DNA of 63,895 bases, filler included, from Reticulomyxa filosa (GCA_000512085.1; 23 parts of 23 records of this genome joined end to end with filler, not necessarily neighbours in it); one strand, 5' to 3'. Shown: positions 1-14,067, counted from the whole stretch's first letter. Program-made: numbers and translations. The notes: generated by a model not told the origin, from the sequence alone.

Positions 1-33
1 GAAATTGCATTTGATTATCAACATGGAACAATA

Positions 34-800
34 ATGCTATTGAATAAAATAAATGAAGAAAAGGATGGAAAAGAAGAACAAGACAAATTTAAAATTGAGG
101 CATTACAAGTTGGAAACCCAAAGAAGTCGTCATTAGAAGTGTATGTTTATATTCAATGGTACAATGATTTTGACAATATTGCCAATTGCATTAAGTGGAC
201 ATGTCTCATTCTCAACAATTCTTGGCATTTCCGTACAAATGACTCTTTTGAGATGAAATATTTGTCAAATTTCTGTGCAGTTGGATAAGATCATTTATTA
301 TGTTGCATCCATTTACATTCATTTCATATGTTAATATGAACGAGAGTTCAATTCATTCAATGTCTCATGAATAGATGATGGTAGATATAATCTTTATGTT
401 ATAACTTTTAGGAATACAAGGAAACTTTTAAAAGACAAATTAAAAATAAGTGAATATTTGAGTAACGGGACAGATAAATGAATAACTTGTTCATTTCTCA
501 TTGACAAAAGTAGGGACATCATATTTGTGCAATATTGTTATATTGTGGAAAATCCTGTAGCGCCGAATTCAGTTATGACCAAATGGATTTTAAGTATAAC
601 ATGTGGACAGCTATTTGCAAAGTGCGATTTGCAAATATTGATGAAATCAAAGCAAAATATTTCATCAGTCATGTAAATACCACTGATGTTTTACAGACAT
701 ATCAAACTAATCAACGATGCATTTTACATTTTCATCCTTCCATGGAATGATCACTTGAGCAAGTTGTTGATTCAAAGAATTTGGATACAATCAGTTGAGC
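34..800 (+). pseudogene. Fragmented lineage-specific hypothetical gene
   Basis: Coding-like pieces (34-288 with CIKWTCLILNNSWHFR; 535-750) broken by stops; no family I can name. Confidence 0.3.
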
Positions 801-901
801 CCTCATTTTACATCGCAAGACCATTTGATTGACAAGATGAAGTATAATTACAATCTGGCCATTCAAAATGTTAATTGGTCAACATTTGTATTCTGTGTTG
901 G

Positions 902-969
902 CAGATTTAACCATTCAATTGTGGAATATTGACACATCCGGTACCTTGCAAACTTTCAAAGGACATTCT
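902..969 (+). pseudogene. Single WD40 repeat remnant
   Basis: Translates to ADLTIQLWNIDTSGTLQTFKGHS, a WD40 C-terminal/GH junction matching the WD40 genes elsewhere in the window. Confidence 0.65.
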
Positions 970-1696
970 GGGCAGGAAAGCTCCTTTCTCGTTTTGAAAG
1001 TAAAACCATGAAATAAATTGAAGTGAGAAAATCAACTTTTGATCCGACCTATTTTTGTACTTTAAAAAAATGCATGTTAGAAGACGGCTACCTTCTCCAA
1101 CTTAAAAAAAGACTGTGAAATTTTTTATCACTGTCTTAGTTTTTAAATGCGAAAAGATAACAACAGTTAATTCATAAATGAATAACGTAAAATGGAACAT
1201 CAAGCACATTCTACAATAATTTAAGAATAAAATTAATTTAAAAAAGTGAGATTTATTAAAATTCCAATGCCTGGCGCCATTCAGCATGAAGTCAATTCTT
1301 TTGATTAGATGCTTATTTTCAATCTCATCGATTAATGGTTGTATAAACTTAAAAATTTTCTAAATTAACAGTAAATAACCATAATGATTATTCGTTAAAA
1401 GAAATCCATAAAAGGAGAGACCAGAACAGGAAGTCATCAAGCGCCATGAATTATCAAGAAAATGAAAACCCCAGTCGTTTAGGCAAAGTAAAAGGGGGGA
1501 ATAACCAATAAAAACATCTGAAGCAACCATCTCAACTAAAAAAAAGCGAAAAATAGCCACAATCAAAATCCATCTCCAAAATCATCGTATGAAATTTATT
1601 TTTCATTTTCCGATTCTTTTGACTTGAGATTTCTATTTAACCTTTTTTTTTTAAAAAAGTGTTTCCATTACAAGCACAACAACGGAAGCGCTTCGT

Positions 1697-1796
1697 NNNN
1701 NNNNNNNNNNNNNNNNNNNNNNNNNNNNNNNNNNNNNNNNTTAATTAATTAANNNNNNNNNNNNNNNNNNNNNNNNNNNNNNNNNNNNNNNNNNNN
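1697..1796. other. Artificial contig-joining linker (first of 22)
   Basis: Identical N44-TTAATTAATTAA-N44 (stops in all six frames) starts at 1697, 3928, 5611, 7015, 11560, 19132, 20492, 21623, 23086, 25050, 27718, 33094, 36631, 39257, 43958, 48058, 49595, 52074, 56886, 58496, 59937 and 62763; each is 100 nt. Confidence 0.99.
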
Positions 1797-1836
<40 letters not shown>

Positions 1837-1883
1837 GTATGTGTATACATATATACATGTATGTATAGCATATATTACTTAAG

Positions 1884-2505
1884 CTTTGTTAAACACTTGA
1901 GCAATGAAAAAAAAAACATAAACAATGATGGGATAGTTTGTGTATTTATTGGTGGCATGCTGTGCCGTCGAATGCTGCTTCTGATTCCATTGGATGCGTT
2001 AATTAATGTGTTTTGCATTGCACTGTTGTATCAGCATATGACGCCGGTGTACAAGTGCTGCTGCAAAGGCGTGGAGTTTGCTTGTTGCGCGTTGTGTCGA
2101 ACCGATATCGGCCCTCAGTTGTGTGGGTTCGTTTGCGTGGTGTGTTGTTGCGATTGCGATTCTTGCGACTGCTGCTGGAGCTGCAGTCGACAGATGCATG
2201 ATGAGCCGCAAGAACTGAACCCGAACCTTCACGCGAGACACGCCATTATGCAGTTCTCGGGACAATTGCCACCACTCTCGGCCATTGTCGGCAAAGAGCT
2301 CCAAAGCATCCCTGAAGACGTGCCGGCTCGTGAGCAGTTACAGGCCAGTCCCACCAAGCCTGCCGTCCATCTTGCTGTACACAACGCTGTGCATAAGACC
2401 ACAGAGGGTTCACTGCCAACGCCTAACAGTGAGCCCAGAGAGTCACTGCCTGCTGAAGTCTTGTACAGAGAGAGCATTATTAATAAAGGAAATACACGTA
2501 AGTGA
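1884..2505 (+). CDS. 3' exon of a membrane protein (last TM helix, Cys-rich juxtamembrane tail, disordered C-terminus); possibly GPCR-like
   Basis: LLLIPLDALINVFCIALLY followed by YKCCCKGVEFACCALC...CVVCCCDCDSCDCCW; GC-rich coding composition; preceded by a (TA)n intron tract at the contig start. Confidence 0.55.
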
Positions 2506-3210
2506 ATGACTTGAACACTAAAAAAAAAAATAAATAAACATTCATTACTCCAAAAACCAAGTCTCAATGATCCTTATGGATCTTCTTACAAAAAAATTTG
2601 ATCGTTTGACATTTTGGATAGAAAAGTGTAACATATTTTGATTAGATGCATTGTTCATACAAAATTGTTCATTATCAAAAAATAAATACATAAAAAACTA
2701 ATACCAACTTTTGCGAAGGATTTTCGTTTGTTACAACACTGCTGATTCCAAATAATTCACTTAGGTAGAAGAAAAGTTTAGAGCCAATGTGTTCTGTTGT
2801 ACGCACTTTACAACAAAATCCAAACACTAACGTTTTTGGCAAGAACAGACCTACTTATGTAGTTGCTTTAATTGTGTATTAAAAAAACATTCAATGTTAC
2901 CATAATCATATTTATATGTCGCAATAGAATTTTGAGGAGCTTTTGAACTAAAAAAAAAAAAGCTACTGATTGACAATGTTGTCATAAAAAGTAAAAAGGT
3001 AAAATTAATTAGGTTAGTTTATTTTGAAGAATGCACTTTTATTGACGCAAATTTTTCTACTGTTTCAAAAAAATGTGATGCAAGTGATAACGGCGCATGT
3101 CTTATGTGTTTAAGACACTTTTCCCCACCAGTTTTAAAATTTAAATGTAAAGATAGTGTTTTACAAAGTGTCCAAATTTATCACCATTTTTTTGTGATTT
3201 GAAAAGATGA

Positions 3211-3860
3211 TTAATCAGTTTCAATAGTGACTTCCAAATTTCTTCCCCAATCACCGTCTTGTTTTGGTTTGTTTTTGACAATTTCTTCAATTTCGGCCAA
3301 ATGAGTTTTAGTAATTTTTCTGGCGACATCCAAAGCTTTTAAATTTTCGGTGATTTGTTGAACACTAGTGGCTCCCAATAAAACAGTGCTAACATTTTTA
3401 TTTTTTAAGCACCAAGCAATGGCCAAAGCCGCAATGCTTGTGTCAAATTTTTCTTTTGCATAAGCTTGTAATTTTTTGACAATGCCAATTTTTTTTCTTT
3501 TTCTGCTTCAAAGGTTTGTCGTAGCCATTCATATGACTCTGTTCCCATTCGACTATTGATTACAATATTTTAAATATTTATATGCTTAATACATGTATAC
3601 ACACATATAATTTATCGTTAACCTTCCCTCAGGAATTCCCTCATTGTATTTTCCAGTCAAAATACCACTTGCCAATGGACTCCAAATCTGTTACATATTT
3701 GTTATATTATATTGAATAAACTTGGTCTTAATTACATCTTTTTTTTTTTAAAAAAAAAAAAAAGAAAAACGAAACAGTGGTACCAAAACGATAAGGAGCT
3801 TTAAAGATCCACAAATATTCCTTTTCTAATCGTTCTCGATGGAACAAATTGTATTGTGGC
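3211..3860 (-). CDS. Aldo-keto reductase, voltage-gated K+ channel beta subunit-like (AKR6), 3' part, 3 exons
   Basis: Spliced read: [15 protein letters not shown]...FGTT | [22 protein letters not shown] | RMG...[33 protein letters not shown], with GT-AG introns. Needs one extra A in the A8 run at 3489-3496. Confidence 0.9.
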
Positions 3861-4027
3861 CTATGAAAAAGAATAATACGATTAAAAATTAATAAAATAA
3901 ATAAAATTTATTTATGTATTTATTTTTNNNNNNNNNNNNNNNNNNNNNNNNNNNNNNNNNNNNNNNNNNNNTTAATTAATTAANNNNNNNNNNNNNNNNN
4001 NNNNNNNNNNNNNNNNNNNNNNNNNNN

Positions 4028-4926
4028 CACATTTACTCGAATTATATCAATGATATCAGCTGACAGTCTAACAACTAAAGTTTAAAAATATTGTGTTTCT
4101 ATTTATTTATGAATAAAAAATAAAAATAAATATAAATATAAAAATTAGATTGAAAGTAAATCTATAGAATGTTATTGGCATAATATGAATGATATTAAAA
4201 AAATATTACAATTTGAATATGATGTAAGAGAAGGTGGAGATTTAGATATTGGATTTTCTATATTTAATCCAGAAAATAATGAATTATTCAAAAGAGTGGA
4301 TTCTTTTTATAAAATGGAAAAAAGTATTCAAATAAAATTTCAAATAGAACAAGAAAAAGAGATAGGAATTTATAAATTTTGTTTTGATAATACTATTGTA
4401 TCTTTTGGAGACAAGCGTATTAAGTTAAATCATTCTTTTAATTAAAATAAAATAAAATAAATAATAATCATTTATATAATAAATAGAATTCATTTTCCTG
4501 ATAATTTATCACAAGAAAAAAATAAAATATTAAATGATTCTATTAAAACTGGTATTTAAAAAAAAAAAAAAATTATTCATTTTAAAAAAATAAAATAAAT
4601 ATTTATTATAGATGATACATTAGAATTATCAAATAGAATAAATTTAGTTGATCAAATATTAGAATATATTTTTAAAAGACAACAACATTTAAATGGTCGA
4701 AGAGAAAGACATATATATAGTTAATAACTAATAAATATTCTTTATTTATTTTGTATTAACATTAATTGATTGTTTTTTTAATAAAGTGTTACGCATAGCA
4801 GATTCAAGAGCAATTACATTTGCTGCAATGCAAATTGTATTTGTAATTTTAATTTATTGTATTCAAGCTGTTTGGATACAATTTTGGTTTCAGAGACATA
4901 AAAAGAATGTTAATGTTAGGGTTTGA
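4028..4926 (+). CDS. p24/TMED (emp24/gp25L, GOLD domain) cargo receptor, 5 exons, 5' truncated
   Basis: ECYWH...FEYDVREGGDLDIGFSIFNP...GIYKFCFDNT (GOLD), coiled region (RQQHLNGRRERH), TM AITFAAMQIVFVILIYCIQAVWIQFWF, short tail; four GT-AG introns keep frame. Confidence 0.88.
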
Positions 4927-7299
4927 TTTGAAAATATTTTTTCATCAAATTATTTAAATCTAAAATTTTTGTCAAAATCAAACAAATCAATTATTTCGAT
5001 ATATATAATAGAATATATTTTTGTAAAAGAAGTATAATAAATGTAATATTAAAATAGTATACATATATTTAAAAATAATAATAATTATTATGTGTAAATG
5101 GAATGCTTGTGATTTTTGAAATTGTATTTATATATTCAGTTCAATAACATAAATTACACTTTTTAAATAATAAAATTTATCAAAAAATTAATATTAATAT
5201 CAAATGTAGAATTAATATTTAATCTTATATTGAAAATTTTATTATTTAACCAACAAACATTTAATTGATTATCAGAAAATTTGTAAAATTATAACTACAA
5301 TATTGAAATTTACATTTTCATTCATTATTTTTCAAAAAAATATTAGTTATTAACAAAACTTGCTTTTTGATTTCATTTAATTTTAATGAGTTTCTTTTTT
5401 TCACGTTTGTTAAATCTTGTATTAAATCAATTGCATATTTTTGAATGAAAATTTATAGAGAAATATCTTGTTTCTTTTTAAATAAGCAATTTTTATATTT
5501 TATTATCAATGTATCTTTTTTTATTTTTTTCATGTTATGGAATGTCTGCTGCTGAAAAGAATTTTGCAGATTATTCATACCATTATTTAAAAAGATTTAC
5601 TTTATTCAATNNNNNNNNNNNNNNNNNNNNNNNNNNNNNNNNNNNNNNNNNNNNTTAATTAATTAANNNNNNNNNNNNNNNNNNNNNNNNNNNNNNNNNN
5701 NNNNNNNNNNAAAAAAATTTTTGAAGAAAAACTATCTTATTGCTTAAAGAATTAGTTTTATTGACTTTTTTCTTTTTGAAATTGTTCAAATAAAAATAAT
5801 GCGTTCCAAAATCTTTTTGATTCGTTTGCCTGATATACTGTACATTTTTTTGTTATGGTTTCACTGCTGGGATTACATTTCGAATTGTTTTTTTAGTAAA
5901 AAAATTTTAAATAATATGTTTACTTTGAAAGACTCCATCCAAAACGTGATGAGCTCAAATTTAAAATAGCACCAATAGTTTGCATAGTAATGACAAAAAA
6001 TGCCACAAAGCAAAAAAAAGAAAATTTTCTGCTTTCATGACAAATATCAAATAACACGAATGCAATAATATAACAAAAAGACAATCCTTTTTATTGACAA
6101 GCACTTGTCTGAACAATAGATAGATAATAAAGCTAATGAAACGTAATGCATTGATTTGCTTTTGTTTTCATTTTTATATTGATATTTCTTGAGCTTAGAG
6201 TTTAATAAAAACATCATTGTTTTAAATCTTATACTTTTTCTTTTTATTCAAGGTTTGTTGAAAATGTCTGAAAATAAAATTCAAGTCGTAGTACGATAAT
6301 TGCAATTTACATAACACAAAAAAACATAATAAATGTATTATGAATTGTGGTAAATAATAATACTTTGAGATTATATTATTTCAAATGCAGAAATGACAAA
6401 AACTTCAAGAAACTCATAAAAAACATATTTTTTACATCACAACAAAAAAATTACTGTCATAGATAAAATAGTCTAAGAGTTCAACCAACCCAATTAGTTC
6501 TTAAAAAAATTTAAAAAAAGATGAAAAAAAAAACTCTCGGTCCACCTGATATAAACATATCACGTCTTTTTTACAAAAACAAAAGCAATTCCATTAAAAA
6601 AACTTTTAACACAAAAAAAAAAAAGTTATAATGTTTCAAAGACAAAAATTTTACAACTAATGAAAAAAAAGCAAAAAAATCGTGTTTTATATCTTAATGG
6701 AAAATTGAGAAATACTCACTATCTATTCATAGTAGAAACTTTCTGATTTCAGATTTAGATTCAGGACGTCTTGTTCTATAAGAATCAAAAATATTGCTTC
6801 ACTATAAAAAATTTTTTGTCAGTATTAATCATATATATATCACAATAACAATATAACAAAAATCATCAACATAATGGAACGCGTTTTTATATAGGCCCAC
6901 ATGTTTAAATGTTTTTAAAACTTGTTTAGCGAGATTCCCCATCATCGATTGCATTAGAAAAAACTTCTTTCTAAACTTAAATCTTTATAATAAAAAATAA
7001 ACCTATTTTTCAATNNNNNNNNNNNNNNNNNNNNNNNNNNNNNNNNNNNNNNNNNNNNTTAATTAATTAANNNNNNNNNNNNNNNNNNNNNNNNNNNNNN
7101 NNNNNNNNNNNNNNCAACTGCTTTTTTTTTTTTTTTGATATAAGCTTGGTATTATTTTTCTTCTATTCACCACCATCCTATTCTTTCTCTTCTTTCTTGC
7201 CAGTGTCTTGGAGTTTTGACACAGATAAATTGAACCGTTCTTACATATGATGATTATTAGTTGCTCGATCGCAATGTCGATTATTTTTTAACCGTGTTC

Positions 7300-8830
7300 A
7301 AGTTTTTTCCTTCTTCGTCTTCTACTTCTTGCTTTTTTGATTGCTAACTAGCACGTCGTCAGCAGCTCATAGTTGGTCTCGGAGGCAGTTTGTCAAAGAT
7401 AACATGATTTTGTTCGACAAACGCAATGTATACAAATCTTGCAGCGATGGACTTGGAAAACGCAACCAGCTATCTTTATTTCTTCACCGATCAACGATGA
7501 TCAATGTTTTGCGAGCTCAAGGTTTCTCCCATCAGCATACGCACGATCCAAAGTTGCGAATGTGCGCGCACATACACGACAAGTTTTGGCATGAGTGGTC
7601 AATCTATGCGTTAACACAATTAGCGAGATTTTCATAATGGTCAAGTGTTTACTGTTCATTGGCGCCGATAGATCGAAGTTCGACACCTTCTTTGGAGCTG
7701 TGTCGCGTTCAATCATTATCCGTAGAAACTTTGTGCGCCGTGTTGATGGTAAACGCTCTTTACAATGCTTCAGGTTGCCACTGCTTGAAATTGCATCACT
7801 CTTTAAGTTTTCCATTGGGGCGCGATATGAGAAGTTGGTCCACGCCCGCTAGTGGCGACTTTGCGTGTTTCTAGGGAACAATTCTATAGCAAAACTCAAA
7901 AAGGCATTTGACCGGTAATTTTTTAAAAAACAAATTCAAAGTGGTACGTACTTACCATTTTTTCTCTTCATCGTCATATTCACCATCTTTTTCTTCTTGC
8001 TGCTATGTTGACTGAGTTCCGCATAACTCATCCACTAAATAAACCACTCTAACATGAAACAATTCTCCCGATGTGGTTTTCTCGATCGCTCTGATTGGGC
8101 ATTTTTTAACAATTCCTCGATTTCCACTTCTTCTCTGACACCATTGCGACGCCATCTTCTACTTTTTTTTCTACTTGATGAACTTGCTTTCGTCTGGAGA
8201 CACCAAGATATTGATTGTCCGGGATTGAGCTGGAAAAATCTTATCCACGAGAGTTGATGTACTTTATACTTGAAAAGCATCATCACCCTTGTAATGAGAG
8301 ACATAGTTTGTGCATATATTTCCAGGATATCCAAAGGTTCAATTGGCAATCTAACGATTGATGAATACCATTCTTATTTATTTTTTTCATTCCTTATTTT
8401 TTGACGCCGGCAGATTGCAGTTGGGTGCCCTCTTTGGCGATTTGCAAGTCAACAACTATTTGCAGATGCTCGCGTACTGACGTTGATGATAGGCAAATTC
8501 TTTCCAATGATTCGGGTTGCCGATTCTATATATTTCAACACTTGTTCTATATCTTTTACTGGAGCACACTATGTGAAATTAGTTCACGCTCGAGAGTGGC
8601 GATTTTGCGTGTTTTCGAGATGAGAGACAGTTTCTATAACAAAACTCAGAAAGCCGGTAGACATATGTTTTGTTTTTTTAAAACAAATTCAACGCAATGT
8701 GGTTCCTTCATAATCTTCCCTTCTTGCTGGAGTTTCGCCAAAACTAATCCAATACTTTGCACGATATCACCACTTTTTTCCTCTTGGCAAACTTGCTTTT
8801 GTCTCTGGTGGCACCAATAATCACTCACAT
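7300..8830 (-). pseudogene. Degenerate two-unit duplicated helical-repeat (ARM-like) gene
   Basis: Two homologous segments about 600-740 bp apart (7851-7940 vs 8594-8690; 8165-8210 vs 8770-8815). Both read, across frameshifts, EFV.K...AFLSF.IE...KTRK.AT..WTNF...AP; many stops. Confidence 0.35.
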
Positions 8831-8889
8831 CAGCAGAACACTACCATTAAAAATCCAAAATTGCGAATTCGCACACGTACACTATGCAC

Positions 8890-9265
8890 TTTTTCTTCTT
8901 TTTTTCTTATTTTCATTATTCTTTTTCATTTACTCCCATATCCCTTTTGCTTTTTTCTCTTTTTTTTCTTTATTTTTTTTTTTCTATTTTTAATCTTTTT
9001 TATCATTTTTTTCAAATTGTCTTCTTTTTTAATTTTTGATTTCCAACATTCTTTTTATTTTTTTCATTCATTTTTTTTTCCATTTTCTCAAATAAAATTT
9101 TTACCCCCCCATTTTCACATTTTCCAATCATTTTTTTTCATCCCTTTTTTTTCAATTTATTTTTCCAATTCATTATTTTCCCACCATTTTTTCCACTTGA
9201 ATTTTTTCCATTACTTTTCTTTTTCCCCCAAATTTTCACTACCCTCTTATCTAAAATATAAATAA
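8890..9265. repeat. Low-complexity T/C/A tract almost devoid of G on the + strand
   Basis: Runs of T broken by C and A over about 370 bp; the F-rich ORFs called here are compositional artefacts. Confidence 0.8.
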
Positions 9266-11906
9266 AAAATAAAAAAAAAAATTTCCACAATTGTTTGGTC
9301 TTGACTCCTATATGCACATTTATAAAGTAAATTTTTTCATTTTAAAAAAAACAAACATACTTTGACTTGGAGCTCAAAGCTATCATTCCAATCCTACATT
9401 TTTTCTTTTGTGCTTTGAAGGGAAGGAGACAAACATTTTTATTTTTTGATGGGGGCATGCCTATTCATAAACCACGTATACTTTATTAAAAAAACAAAAG
9501 CAAAAAAAAAAATAAACCTTTTTATTTTTTTTTGAATACGGTGATGGCTTCAACCCCTGAGTTTTTCTTTGGAGGGTGGATACGTATAATTTGTTTTTTT
9601 TATTTTTGGACAGAGGGCTGCGGCTATGATGAAAAACATACAAAATTGATTATGTCAAAAAAAATAAAAATAAACATAAAACAAACCATGATTTCTCCTT
9701 GTGGAGACGGGGGGCCTTACCCCATTTCTTTTTTCTTTTATTGAAGGATGCACAGCACCCGAACAAAAAAGACATTTTTTTTTTCAAAGTGGACTGCTGT
9801 TGAAAGGCAAGCCACTTTTAAGTTGAAAAATATTTAAAAAAACAAAATAAAAAAGAGATACCAGTGGAAGAGGGTGCAATCACCCTAATGACGAGCTGGT
9901 ACGACGAGACAGACAACAACAACAAAAAAAATACCTTTTTTTCGTTAAGACATAAATGGACAACTCATAAATGTTTATTAAAAAAGATGTAAATTTGCAA
10001 TTTTTTGGAATATTTTCATATTTTTTACAAAAAAATTTGAAAAAAATAATTGTTAAAATTTTTACTTGTATTTCTACAATTGTGATTCCAAAAAACGGAT
10101 TAATTACAGAAAATTGAAATTAAAGCGTTTTTTTTTTGAATTGATTAATTATTTTTCCTTGAGTAATGATTTTTCTGTTGAAAAGAAAAAGTTTTCCCTT
10201 TTTAGAAAAAACTCTCTTGGATATTACAACTGTGGTTTTGGCTCTTCTCTTCAAACAACCTAACAAAGCAAACTTCTACAACATGAAACTTGCTCTTGAG
10301 AGTTTCTTCATCAATGCTCTCCTCTGCAAAGTGCAACAGTTACCGAAAAAGAAAAAAAATAATCAGTGTGTACCCAAAACAACATCATTCAAAAAAAAGA
10401 TGCTGTCATCACGGCCAAAACAAATACGCTTGCCTATTGTGGTCTCTCCTGACATTGGCAACATTCAGGTTGGCGTTGTACATCTATCTTCACAATCAAG
10501 AGAGGACATCCATTTTTTTGTTGTTTCATTCAATCTATTTAGCAGGATCACGTTTTTATGTATTTTTTATCACTTTATTGACCAACCATCTTAAAACATT
10601 TGAAATCTAGCATTTTAATGTATTGATTATCCAGAACACTCGTTATCTTATAAAAAGGATTCTGAAAAACAAAGTCAACAAAATTAGCAATGGAGGTGAA
10701 GTTGAAAAGCTGCTCTTTTTTGGAAATATCCAATGGGAAAAATGTCTGAGAAAACAGAGAAAAACCACATGTAAATGTATACACAATCAACCTAGTGATA
10801 TTTGTCATGTAAATCTTCAGCAGTACTTACCATTGCAACAAAAATATTTAGATAAAGTTATAATTTCTAAGCATTCCAGGGGTGGGGATCGAATTAACAA
10901 ATACAATTTATTTATTTTTTTGCGTAGATGATGAAAAAGTGGTCACTAAGAGGAGAAATAACGTATACAATAATCTATCAAAAAACACATCTTTTTTTTC
11001 TGAAGCTCTGATCTCTTATCAAAAAGACACAATTTAGAAAAAAGGACTCTCCCATAGAATCCTCAACAGTGGAAAGAAGTAAACTTGATGAACGTCGACA
11101 AAATTTTGCAATTGTTTTTGAAGTCAAGATTTTCCAAGGCAGAGTTAATGAAAAAGGTATCCTCGAAAAGAAAGATAATGACACCACAATTGCAACCAGT
11201 CTTCTTACAAATCGGCACTACGGAGTATGATTGGACAAATTCATTTAACACTGATTCAAAAAAAAAAAAATTGATTAAATGTACATGTGTATACATACAT
11301 TTATTACACATACTAACTTATCACATTCTTACATTTATATGCAATCGTGTTGTACAAAAGTTCATGTAATGTATTACAAATGAATTGTTGTCGACAGTTT
11401 GTATGCAATATTACATTTGAATATGTTGTACAAATAGATGTGTGCGAAGTAATGAGAAGTTATGCAGTATAATGAAAGATGACAAAAATTGTATTAGAAG
11501 ATTATTACTTGCGAAAAAAGTCCAAGATTCTAAAATATCCATTTTTTTTGTTTGCATCANNNNNNNNNNNNNNNNNNNNNNNNNNNNNNNNNNNNNNNNN
11601 NNNTTAATTAATTAANNNNNNNNNNNNNNNNNNNNNNNNNNNNNNNNNNNNNNNNNNNNATTTTTTTATGTTAAAATAATCTTTTTCTTCATTTATAATC
11701 ACCATTATTAATTATGTAAAATGCATATAGAAATTAAGTGTTTCCAAAAGATATTTCTTCAATTTTCTGTTTTTCAGCACGCTTAACAAAAATATCAAAA
11801 TGTATTATTTCACCAAAAACAGGGAACCAAGAGATGAAGGTTTTATAAAAAAAAAGCATGTTGAGCTTTTTCAATAATCTTAGCTCAAAGAAAAAAGAAA
11901 AGTAAA

Positions 11907-12236
11907 ATGGAGATTCAAAACGTAAGTCTGTTATGTTGTACACCTTATCTTAAGTTGGATATAAGGATTATTTGTTTTATTTTGGAATATAGCTTTGTGA
12001 AAACATTAACAGGCAAAACAATAACCTTAGACTTTGAGCACAATGGCATGATTCAAAATATCAAGGTAAAGATTCAAGACAATGAAGGCATTTCACCAGA
12101 GCAACAACAATTAATATTTGCTGGAAGGCAATTGGAAGATAGAAGGACCTTAAGCGATTACAACATCCAAAAAGAAAGCACGATACACTTGGTATTGCGC
12201 TTACGAGGTGGAGCGATGCAAATATCAGTTTTTTAA
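11907..12236 (+). pseudogene. Diverged, truncated polyubiquitin (one unit plus start of a second)
   Basis: [13 protein letters not shown]...[41 protein letters not shown] then stop; GTAAGT...TAG intron near the start; many substitutions at normally invariant positions. Confidence 0.85.
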
Positions 12237-13049
12237 AATATTTTTTTTATCTCTTATTCTCTATGATTTTTTCTATAATAAATAAAAATTACAATTAAAG
12301 AGAATTATTCGTTATTAAATAGATAGTTGTAAAAAAACAATATAGAATATTTTTCTTCTAACAAGTCTTTCAAATCGAAAACAGAAGGACGAATTAATGT
12401 TACAAAAAAACTCTTCAATCTAGGAAATTATTTGCAGATAGATGTGTTTTCTACTCTAATTTTACATTTAACAAAAATTCCTCCAGAAAAAACTAGATGA
12501 AATTAGATTAAATAGAAAATAGACAGAATTCTGTCATTTCATTTATACTTAATTGACAATCAGGACAATTAAGAGATATATTTTGATTTGCTTTTGAAGT
12601 AAATAGGATTCATTGTTGAAATATCATTGTAAACTGATCCTATGTCTTCTATTTCTTTTTGAATATTCTTGTTATTATCATTGGTATCATTTCCTTATTC
12701 TTGGTCTATTCATTAACAAGGATATAATAAATACATGAAACAAATAAGAAAATTTGTTGCTGCTTATTTCTATACTTTTCAATTCGTTTGCAAAAGAGTT
12801 AAAATTCATTATTCCTAATTTTTCACATACGATATATCTTCACTTTCAAACGATCTCACGTCTTCTTGGTTCAGACGCCACACTGTTGTCATCAAATAAC
12901 GCAATAAAAAACATGTTGCATGTGACGAAAAAATATCGAAGTCCAATAACCTTTATCTTTTATTGAAAATATCTTGGTACCAAAAACTTAATGACTGAAC
13001 AACGTAATATATTTATCACGAAAGAAATTTACATCATATGATATACGTT

Positions 13050-13725
13050 CATATAGATTATGAATTTTTACGTGTTTTTATAAGAAAGTATATTCGCAAT
13101 AGCTATGTCTTTATTTTTGCAAAAATTTGGTCATCTACGTTTTGTACTTTCTTATTTTCCTTTATGTCATATTTTTAAAAAATGGCATAAATTATACTTT
13201 ATTACTTTTATAATAGTGATAAATAGCAAGTTGTTGCTTCCACCAATCACCGCACGTACTCACGATATTCATCCTCTTGTCTCAATCTGAATTGAGTTAT
13301 TGTGATGTCTACAAAAGAAACCCATTTATTGTAATTGTTTGATTTTTTTAATTTTGATTTATTCATTTCATTGTCATTAATATTATCATTGTTATTATTG
13401 TATTACTCCAAACACTTATACATTTCATTACCAAAGTACGTTCTTTTTTCAACCAAAAGACAGCAAAGTAATTTCATTACTGTCTTTATTGTTGTTATCT
13501 ACAAGTTTCACTACATTGTTATAATAATTTAACGTCACTTGGATACGAACAGATAAACTTGTATTGTTTTTGAGTGTATAATAAGAATAATAAGCACTTT
13601 ATTTAGAGCAATCACAAATAAGTGTTTCATGTTTATGTAGCACACATTGAGATTGAGAAAGTGTATTGGGTAAGTCTTTCAAATTTTGAATCAAGTTGAT
13701 TTTGTGTTGTGTTTTGATTGCTCAT
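13050..13725 (-). pseudogene. Kelch-like beta-propeller family pseudogene
   Basis: MSNQNTTQNQ...NLKDLPNTLSQSQCVLHKHETLIC...YKFICSYPSDV...KLVDNNNKDSNEITLLSFG...VRAVIGGSNNLLFIT with stops and frameshifts; clearly homologous to 38579-39256. Confidence 0.85.
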
Positions 13726-14067
13726 GTTGTTAATGTTAGAGCTATTATGTGGTTTATACTTTTTATAAAAAGAGATGACGTAAAAAAGGTTGGCTCTTTT
13801 GAGAAAAACAGAAAAACCTTAGGAAAAAAACTATTATTGTTAAAAATTATTGTGATTAGTGATGTCATGACATTATTGCGATGAACGAGATCGCTTTTAA
13901 AAGGATTTTTGTTATGACAGTAAACTGTTCAAGCAAGAAACTTAAAATTGTTGCTTTAGATCTTCTAGATGATTACATGAACACTTTAAACAAATCTTAA
14001 ATTGGCCCACTTGGGTTCCTTTTGCCAATTATTTCTTTTTATGTCCCTCCAATTCTAAGATTCAGTA

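Noticed and set aside
1741-1752. Regularly recurring TTAATTAATTAA palindrome, superficially like a repeat array or CRISPR
   Set aside because: Always embedded in exactly 44+44 Ns; it is a six-frame-stop assembly linker, not biology.
8165-8815. DESKF/DKSKFAKRK peptides resembling the Merlin/IS1595 transposase motif
   Set aside because: The downstream WVFG, SD and HxxVNH motifs are absent, and a different frame gives the longer match between the duplicated units.
8757-9265. Phe-rich ORFs resembling membrane proteins
   Set aside because: Produced by a T-rich, G-poor low-complexity (possibly low-quality) tract.
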